DNA from: Candidatus Poribacteria bacterium
GTDB taxonomy: Bacteria; Poribacteria; WGA-4E; PCPOR2b
DNA length: 64,000 bases
Direction: 5' to 3'
NCBI GenBank assembly: GCA_022826645.1
Contig: JAJDUM010000117.1
Span: 585 to 64,584 of the forward strand
In this document: in pieces, positions 57,669 through 64,000 of the stretch
Layout of the letters: each line of letters opens with the position of its first letter
How positions within the stretch are numbered: the first letter of the stretch is position 1
Notes under the pieces: generated by a model
The model's database searches: none
What the model was told of the DNA's origin: nothing
Seen by the model: only the letters and a program-made list of their open reading frames with translations
Translations under genes and position numbers: made by a program

Positions 57669-59114
57669 CTATTCTTGTCCCTTTTCCCAGTCAAGATTGT
57701 TCTCATTCCACTCAAATACGTCAAGTGGACCGAATTTCAGGTTAATGGTCAGACTTCTTGGGGTGGGTGAACTGTCAAAACGATTGAAGTCGCGGATGAC
57801 CACATAGGTATGCTGTCCATCCGAAATCTCCGCACAAGCGTTGATAAAATCGTCAAGATTCCCAATCGCGCGTCCATTAATTTCCTGAATGACTACTTTT
57901 GAGTTGCCGCTGCGTTCGCGGATACCAACACGGGAAAAGCTGCTCCCTGCATCTGCATGTGGGAGATAGACCCCATCAGCCTCAAAGTAAAGCAGATGCC
58001 TGAGTTGAGGGGTTACATCGTGAAAGACTGATCCTGCGAAGCGGACAAATCGGCGAACTTTCTTTAACTCGATATCTTCTACAAGGACGTCAACCGTTAC
58101 AGCCTGCCCATTACGATAGATATCCAAGGTCACATTTTTCCCAGCATTTTCGTTGAGAATTGCGTCAAAAGTATATAGATCATCCCTAATTAACTTCCCA
58201 TTAATCCTATAGATAATATCGGAGGCGAGCAGGCTTGCCTCGCCTGTCGTCTTAGGAATAATTGACTCAATTTGAATCACCTTCGGCGTTCCTGAATCTG
58301 AGGGACCAATCTCCGCGCGGGAAGTTTCGGGTAGTCCAAAATGCTTAATAGCCTCTCCGATGGAGATTAACTCCAAATCCACGCCAATCTCCCCACGTTG
58401 AATTATCTCGCCCCCCTGGATCTGTTCGAGGGCGTCAACTACATAATTGATTGGTAGTTCAAAACTGGAGGTATCGGTTCCCCGCGCATGGATGGCAATG
58501 ACTTCGCCTTCTGTGTTCCATACTGGACTCCCGCTCGAGCCGCCGGTGCGATCAAAAGTCGTATGGATATAACTGGAATGGCGATCCCCTTTATTAACGT
58601 TGAGATTGGCAACTGTACCAAACTTGATGGAGTATTCCTCTTTTTCATTGTTGCCGATCAGGAGCAGCTCATCCCCTAGCGCAAGATCGTGCCATGAACC
58701 GAGTTGCACAGCTTGGAGTTCGAACAATACTTCCTTCGGGTCTACCTTATAAAATCCGAAGTCGTGCGTTGGGTCATAGTAAAGGACTTGTGCTTCTGTA
58801 AAACTGCCGTCATAAAAGTTTATCTTGACATAAGAAGGACTGCTGCCGGTGACATGCCGATTGGTTGCAATAATTCCCTGTGCTGCATCAACGATGAAGC
58901 CGGTAGCGAAACTGGTGCCTTTTGCTTCCGTTTCAAACACAACCTCCGAAGAGGTCTCCACATTCACGACCATGGGTTTGAAAGCGGCAATCTGTTCTGT
59001 CCAGTCGTGTTCTGCGAGACTTTCCAAAACGATTCCCCCGCTCGCCAAAACAGATACCAGAAACCAGACTACAATCTGTCGTTTAATTTTCGGTCGCCCC
59101 AACCTTAAAAACAT
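57669..59114 (-). CDS. HtrA/S1C serine protease with PDZ domains, Nma111/Deg7-like
   Basis: ATGFIVDA..GII.TNRHV, DPTHDFGF, GGSSGSPV. Confidence 0.85.
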   Translation of the reverse strand: MFLRLGRPKIKRQIVVWFLVSVLASGGIVLESLAEHDWTEQIAAFKPMVVNVETSSEVVFETEAKGTSFATGFIVDAAQGIIATNRHVTGSSPSYVKINFYDGSFTEAQVLYYDPTHDFGFYKVDPKEVLFELQAVQLGSWHDLALGDELLLIGNNEKEEYSIKFGTVANLNVNKGDRHSSYIHTTFDRTGGSSGSPVWNTEGEVIAIHARGTDTSSFELPINYVVDALEQIQGGEIIQRGEIGVDLELISIGEAIKHFGLPETSRAEIGPSDSGTPKVIQIESIIPKTTGEASLLASDIIYRINGKLIRDDLYTFDAILNENAGKNVTLDIYRNGQAVTVDVLVEDIELKKVRRFVRFAGSVFHDVTPQLRHLLYFEADGVYLPHADAGSSFSRVGIRERSGNSKVVIQEINGRAIGNLDDFINACAEISDGQHTYVVIRDFNRFDSSPTPRSLTINLKFGPLDVFEWNENNLDWEKGQE

Positions 59115-59194
59115 TATTATTCCTCCATTATTAGATATTTGTCGTCCTGTTGGGGGTTTAGGGTATTAGTGTTGGACATACTTTGCTTACACAT

Positions 59195-59293
59195 TGCGCT
59201 CCTCTGGAGCGCACGGATTGGCCCCATTGCCCTCCTATAGACATATCCGCTCCTCTGGAGCGAAAGGAATGAGGCCAACCACAAGGGCTGCCC
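59195..59293. repeat. Cluster of REP-like short palindromes
   Basis: CGCTCCTCTGGAGCG twice (59197-59211, 59248-59262), followed by a degenerate GGCCAACCACAAGGGCTGCCCC hairpin. Confidence 0.6.
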
Positions 59294-59299
59294 CATCAA

Positions 59300-61279
59300 C
59301 TATCCAAGCTTTTCGCGGACTACATGCGCTCCTTCATTAATTGCATCAAAGAAATTTCGGACATCAACGCAGTCTCCGACCTCGTAGACTTGGCATCCCA
59401 GATCGGAGGCTTCAATAGCTCGCTTGAGTTGCTTTCGTGGTGTATAGCCACGACTAATTATCAGGGTCTCAACGGGATGGAATTCCTCCGCGCCATCTCC
59501 CGTAGTAAGCACAACCCCCGTCTCGTCAGCTCGCTTCAGTTCGCGGCTTGCCAGTATTTTCGTTCCTGAATCGCGAACCCCTTTTCTAAGCGCAGCTAAG
59601 TTGGTTCCGTGCTCCTTCAATTTAATCACATCTTCTTCATTTCGGCGGGAAACCAGAACAACATCACGTCCCTGTTGCGCCGCAAACCACGCGACCTCAT
59701 ATCCGACAAGGCCGGCGCCGAGCACCATAACCCGCTCGCCTATGCTGAGTTCGTCCCAATGCACTATCGCATCAATCGCGGTGATAACATTGTCTCCATC
59801 AATTCCGGGAATATCCGGGATGACTGCCTCGCCGCCTGTAGCAAGGATAACGACCTCCGGACCCTCGGCTTTCAGTGTATCCAGCGTAACCGTCGTCCCT
59901 GTCTGAACATCCAAACCCACCTTTTGAACCTCTGTGATATAATACTGAAGTAACCGTTTAACATCCCACTTGAAATCGGGAATTGATGCCGAGATTAACT
60001 CTCCCCCAATCACATCCCGTTTTTCATACACGACCACATCGTGCCCCATTTCCTTAGCACGCAAACCCGCCTCCAAACCTCCGGGTCCTGCTCCGACGAC
60101 GACTACCTTTTTGGGCGCATCCGTTCTATCGAATGCTATCAACTTCTCTCTGCCCACAATGGGGTTCGTTGTACACTGGACGCCACCACGGTCCATGACT
60201 ACAAATGTGTGGCAAAAATTACAGCGAATGCACGGGATGATATTTCCGCCTGCGCGCGCTTTCTTTGCCCAGTGGGGATCAGCAATTAGCGTACGGCCAA
60301 GGGCAACCATATCAGCGCGTTCCTGCGAAATAATCTCCTCTGCATGTGACGGGTCGGTGATTCCCCCTGTGGCGATAACAGGAATTTCTGCGCCATTCTG
60401 CTTAATCTCCTCTGCTAGATCAACCAGTGTATTGGGCTTGATATAAAGCGGCGGTACGGATGGATGCGTGCATTCCACGAATCCTTTGACCTGCATAATC
60501 GTTGCAGAGGTGGTTGCCACATGTAGGTAGGCGACACCGAGCTCCTCCATGTATTTCGCGATCCGCAGATGCAGGTCATCTTTCACGTCTTCGTCGTATC
60601 GGTCATTCACACCGCCGTGGAGGTGTTCGTGCGCACTGAATTTAAAACCGACTGGAAAATCTTCACCACAGACCTGTTTGATCCCTGTGACAATTTCGGT
60701 GCCAAACCGCATACGACGTTCAAAATCACCGCCGTAGTCATCGTCCCGCCGATTTGTATGGGGTGACATAAACTGTCCACCGAGATAGGAATGTGCACAG
60801 TGATACTCCACGCCATCAAAGCCTGCCCGTTTTGCCCGTGCTGCCCCTAAAATGAAGGCTTCTATTACCCTCTCAATATCATCAACCGTCATTTCGCGCG
60901 GCACTTCGGTATACAGTTCACTCTCAATCGCGGAGGGCGCAAACGGTTCAACATACGATTTTCCGCCAAGCACGGCGATTTGCATGAATATCTTTGATCC
61001 GGCATCCTTAACTGCCTCCGCCATGCGTGTAAGCCCCGGAACGAATTTATCATCCCAAACCGCTGTGGTAATTACACGTTGTTCGGGCCAAACAGAAGTG
61101 AATTCAGTGATAATCAGGCTGGTTTCGCCTTTTGCCCGTTCAACCAGAAAATCTATGTAGCGGTCAGTAACATGCCCTTCTGGATCATGTAATCCTACAT
61201 CAAGAGGAGCTAAAACAACGCGATTTTTTAGTTCTAATGAATCAAGCTTTATTGGAGAAAAAAGATGAGGAAACGGCAT
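59300..61279 (-). CDS. NADH:flavin oxidoreductase (OYE barrel + 4Fe-4S + FAD/NAD domain; enoate/dienoyl-CoA reductase-like)
   Basis: AGFDGVEYHCAHSY, NRRDDDYGG, CIRCNFC...C, GAGPGGLEA, GAGLVG. Confidence 0.9.
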   Translation of the reverse strand: MPFPHLFSPIKLDSLELKNRVVLAPLDVGLHDPEGHVTDRYIDFLVERAKGETSLIITEFTSVWPEQRVITTAVWDDKFVPGLTRMAEAVKDAGSKIFMQIAVLGGKSYVEPFAPSAIESELYTEVPREMTVDDIERVIEAFILGAARAKRAGFDGVEYHCAHSYLGGQFMSPHTNRRDDDYGGDFERRMRFGTEIVTGIKQVCGEDFPVGFKFSAHEHLHGGVNDRYDEDVKDDLHLRIAKYMEELGVAYLHVATTSATIMQVKGFVECTHPSVPPLYIKPNTLVDLAEEIKQNGAEIPVIATGGITDPSHAEEIISQERADMVALGRTLIADPHWAKKARAGGNIIPCIRCNFCHTFVVMDRGGVQCTTNPIVGREKLIAFDRTDAPKKVVVVGAGPGGLEAGLRAKEMGHDVVVYEKRDVIGGELISASIPDFKWDVKRLLQYYITEVQKVGLDVQTGTTVTLDTLKAEGPEVVILATGGEAVIPDIPGIDGDNVITAIDAIVHWDELSIGERVMVLGAGLVGYEVAWFAAQQGRDVVLVSRRNEEDVIKLKEHGTNLAALRKGVRDSGTKILASRELKRADETGVVLTTGDGAEEFHPVETLIISRGYTPRKQLKRAIEASDLGCQVYEVGDCVDVRNFFDAINEGAHVVREKLG

Positions 61280-61395
61280 ACAGTATCTCCTATCATATAA
61301 GGGGGTGCTCTGTCAGACACAAACCAAGCGTTACAGAATTAAGGGTAGGTTTTCGATCACTCTTTTCTGTGGAGAGCTGACGCCAAATCGGATAA

Positions 61396-62520
61396 TTACC
61401 AATCCTGTACCGAACCGTCTTCCCGTCGCAAATGTGGGGGTTCACCCGGTGTGGGTGGGTATGCAGCTGCAGCTTCTTCGTTCAGGTCAATCCCTAAACC
61501 CGGTGCATCGGTGGGTAGGAGATAGCCATCTTCGGTTCGCAAATCATGCTGAATGACTTCGTCCATCCAGCCCGACGATGGGGCATACTCCTGCACAGCA
61601 CAGTTGGGAATCGACATATTTAGATGTAACATTGCTGCTGAACTAACGGGACTTGCGGTGTAATGACAGGCGAGTTCTTGGTAATGAACCTCCGCCATCG
61701 TGGCAATTTTCTTTCCTTCGGTGATTCCGCCGGTGTGACAGATGTCTACCCGGATGTAGTCGATTAATTCCTGCTCAATCAGTTCCCGAAACATCCATTT
61801 CGTTGGGAGTTGTTCGCCGGTGCCAATCGGGACATTTGTGTGCTCGCGTAGCGTCGCAAACGATGCCGGGTTCTCGGAACGGATGGGATCCTCGACAAAG
61901 AATGGGTGATATTCTTCAATCCCATTGCACAATTCAATGGCGCGGGTTGGTGTTAAGCGGGTATGGACCTCGAAGATGATTTCGACCTCATCTCCGATTG
62001 CCTCGCGCAATGCACTGAAATGTTCAATTCCGCGCATTACAGCGAGTTTTTGATTGAATCCGCCCTCAATTGTATCAATGGGTGAAATCCGTAAGACCTT
62101 CCACCCCTCTTCCAGCTGTTGCTGTGCCGTTTCAATGAGTTGTTCCGGCGTACTTCCACCTGTATGCCGATAAACCAGCACCTTATCCCGCGTGGCACCA
62201 CCAAGTAGACGGTAGGTTGGTACGCCAAGAGCCTTACCTGCCAGATCCCACAGCGCAATGTCGACCCCGGCGAGCGCAGATTGTAGCACAGGCCCACCGC
62301 GCCAGAACGTTCCGCGGAAGATGTCCTGCCATATATGTTCGATTCGGGTCGCATCCTGCCCAATCAAGAGGGGTTTAATGTGATGCTCCAACGCCCCGAC
62401 AACAGCAAGCGATCTGCCGCTTAATGAGGCTTCTCCAATGCCATATATCCCTTCGTCAGTAATAACTTTAACGTATATGAACTGACTCACTGGGAATATT
62501 TTGAGATCTGTGATTTTCAC
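61396..62520 (-). CDS. Mandelate racemase/enolase-superfamily acid-sugar dehydratase (DgoD/ManD-like)
   Basis: WRGGPV, DIALWDL.GK, EVH, EDP, GEQ, PGLGID; start GTG 62520. Confidence 0.88.
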   Translation of the reverse strand: MKITDLKIFPVSQFIYVKVITDEGIYGIGEASLSGRSLAVVGALEHHIKPLLIGQDATRIEHIWQDIFRGTFWRGGPVLQSALAGVDIALWDLAGKALGVPTYRLLGGATRDKVLVYRHTGGSTPEQLIETAQQQLEEGWKVLRISPIDTIEGGFNQKLAVMRGIEHFSALREAIGDEVEIIFEVHTRLTPTRAIELCNGIEEYHPFFVEDPIRSENPASFATLREHTNVPIGTGEQLPTKWMFRELIEQELIDYIRVDICHTGGITEGKKIATMAEVHYQELACHYTASPVSSAAMLHLNMSIPNCAVQEYAPSSGWMDEVIQHDLRTEDGYLLPTDAPGLGIDLNEEAAAAYPPTPGEPPHLRREDGSVQDW

Positions 62521-62585
62521 GACTTCCCTCCCGATTAATTTGCTAACGCGTGTTGACAAACTTGAGAAAAAGATTTCCCAAGCTA

Positions 62586-62614
62586 ATAGTAGCATGACCA
62601 TATATACCGGTCAA
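62586..62614 (-). promoter_or_regulatory. sigma70 promoter with overlapping inverted repeat
   Basis: TTGACC-17 bp-TACTAT with TGn; TGACC-N9-GGTCA at 62595-62613. Confidence 0.55.
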
Positions 62615-62679
62615 GCCCAAAATCGGCGTAAAAACAGCAGCATGGCACACACCTATCGTCGATAAATTGATCTCACGAT

Positions 62680-64000
62680 TTACATCGATATGCCGAGCAA
62701 TCCCCGCGTAAATTGGAAATCTGTGTTTCCTTTGCCATAGAGTTTAGGTGTATAGCTGCGCGAGGCAACCTCTAAGATAATTCCCAGCATTTGCGCTGAA
62801 AAGCTCTCCGGCGTCCAATTCTCATCGGCGGGCAGGAGGTCCAAATCAGCCTCGTAAATGGATTCTGTAGTTTGATCCGTTGTGGCTTGGATCAGTGGAA
62901 TCATTCGGTGTGCCTGAAGTGGATGACCTACGACATGCGCGAACATCAGATCCACGCCCGTCGCACCTAATCCGGTTAGTGTCTCTACAACATGATCGGT
63001 CGGTGCCTCCATGATATGGAATCCAGGCTCGGGAATACTTTGACCGTAAGACAGGGTATTCCTCAGTGAAACTCTGGGGGCGTCACCGAGCACGTGGGCT
63101 GCATAGGCAGGCGAGGTCAAGAAACTGGCATTCGAGGGAACGACAACCGTTCCACCCGCTCGGACGAGGGTTTGGGTGAGATGTGCTAGCCCCTGTGCAA
63201 TTTCCTCCGTTACTTTTCCGCTCGACGTTAATCCGATCCGAAGGTGTTCTAAACCGACATCGGCATAATCAGGTTGAGGCATCGACGATAGAGATTGGCT
63301 GAACCAATCTTCCACTTTCCGAAGGACGGCATCAATGCCACCATCCAACTGTACACTTGCCCAGCCGTATCGCTCAAGCGGGATTCCGTGCTCTGTGAGC
63401 GCGTGACGTAGGTAGTCGTTATGGGTCTTCTCACAGCCGTGCTCTAAGGGCAGACCGAGGGCAACCATTGGATGAATCAGATGCCCGATGAGTGTGCGCC
63501 TGTAGATGTCTTCCGAGTTGCCACCCGATACCCCACATCCCTCCGTATGTGCCAGTGCAACATAGCGGGAAATTCCGTGCTCGCGTCCGAGCTCCTTTTG
63601 GTTAAGTTGGTCGGCAATCATCTGGGCGATCTGCCCAGAACAGAGGCTTGTTGGCAAAACCAACCCGATCTGATCGCTGCGGTAGCCACTTTCGGTCCGT
63701 ATGGCGCTAAAAGTGTGTTCGGATCGTGGTGCATCAAGTTGAATTGGAATCGGCTTGCCTGTCGGGATGTCGGCTGCGAGCGCGTCTTCTGTATTGATAG
63801 GTCCCGTCTGCTTCCAGTTTCGCCAGATTGATACCTGCGAATGTCCAGCTTTTTCTCCGACAGATCGTTCTCCAGCAGCGACGCTAACGGTGAGATCGAG
63901 CATTTGCTGCCCCAACTCATCCATCGGTATACCGTCTTGGTAAGCCCCAGCGTTGACATCCATGTCTTTCTTCAACATTTCATATCGCCCGGTGGTAGTG
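62680..64000 (-). CDS. UxaA/GarD (altronate/galactarate dehydratase) family protein, 5' end outside window
   Basis: DMDVNAG, HTEGCG, HGCEK, TGLGATG; frame stays open to the window edge. Confidence 0.75.
   Translation of the reverse strand, partial: TTTGRYEMLKKDMDVNAGAYQDGIPMDELGQQMLDLTVSVAAGERSVGEKAGHSQVSIWRNWKQTGPINTEDALAADIPTGKPIPIQLDAPRSEHTFSAIRTESGYRSDQIGLVLPTSLCSGQIAQMIADQLNQKELGREHGISRYVALAHTEGCGVSGGNSEDIYRRTLIGHLIHPMVALGLPLEHGCEKTHNDYLRHALTEHGIPLERYGWASVQLDGGIDAVLRKVEDWFSQSLSSMPQPDYADVGLEHLRIGLTSSGKVTEEIAQGLAHLTQTLVRAGGTVVVPSNASFLTSPAYAAHVLGDAPRVSLRNTLSYGQSIPEPGFHIMEAPTDHVVETLTGLGATGVDLMFAHVVGHPLQAHRMIPLIQATTDQTTESIYEADLDLLPADENWTPESFSAQMLGIILEVASRSYTPKLYGKGNTDFQFTRGLLGISM

Noticed and set aside
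7286-62601. Longest-ORF starts given in the track for mrp, tusA-osmC, tnpB, sdhA, sco, ctaC, the EEP fusion and the dehydratase
   Set aside because: The extensions overlap upstream genes or regulatory DNA and lack family similarity; downstream starts fit better, several with a clear RBS or stop/start coupling
199-63943. Many plus-strand and alternative-frame ORFs in the track (e.g. 199-561, 12757-13434, 22080-22685, 29412-29969)
   Set aside because: Most are antisense or out-of-frame shadows of well-supported minus-strand genes, and none shows a recognisable motif
1-64000. CRISPR array, tRNA, rRNA, prophage
   Set aside because: No regularly spaced repeats, RNA gene signatures or phage structural genes were seen

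Overview
A 64 kb bacterial segment of about 50% GC. Every credible gene except a partial cold-shock gene at the left edge lies on the minus strand. In the direction of transcription (right to left) it begins with sugar-acid and redox catabolic genes: a UxaA/GarD-like gene (partial), an enolase-superfamily dehydratase, an OYE-family flavin oxidoreductase and an HpcH aldolase. Beside them are an Nma111-like HtrA protease and a nuclease-cyclophilin fusion. A ~40 kb respiratory supercluster follows: (1) a Rieske/split cytochrome b complex with an octaheme cytochrome c; (2) a quinol-site-less, cydB-less cytochrome bd-like oxidase with three membrane c-type cytochromes and two cupredoxin-like proteins; (3) an A1-type aa3 oxidase with CtaA, CtaB and SCO; (4) a mycobacterial Sdh1-like (type F) succinate dehydrogenase and fumC. 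The left part holds an uncharacterised cluster in which four genes carry six copies of the small BchB/ChlB C-terminal (PCP_red) domain. These sit with an Mrp Fe-S carrier, a radical SAM/SPASM enzyme and a nested TusA-DsrE-TusA/OsmC-MetE-like sulfur module. The operons are interrupted by co-oriented inserts: two type II R-M modules, a TnpB-only IS200/IS605 element, an FGE-sulfatase-domain duplication, a half TolC and an orphan antitoxin. Best candidates for new biology: the PCP_red/Mrp/radical-SAM maturation system, the sulfur-relay/MetE-like module, the bd-like oxidase module, and a perfect 16-bp palindrome at identical spacing upstream of two respiratory promoters. Gene style suggests Ca. Poribacteria or a similar uncultured lineage (inference only). 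All calls come from reading motifs by eye; no searches were run.
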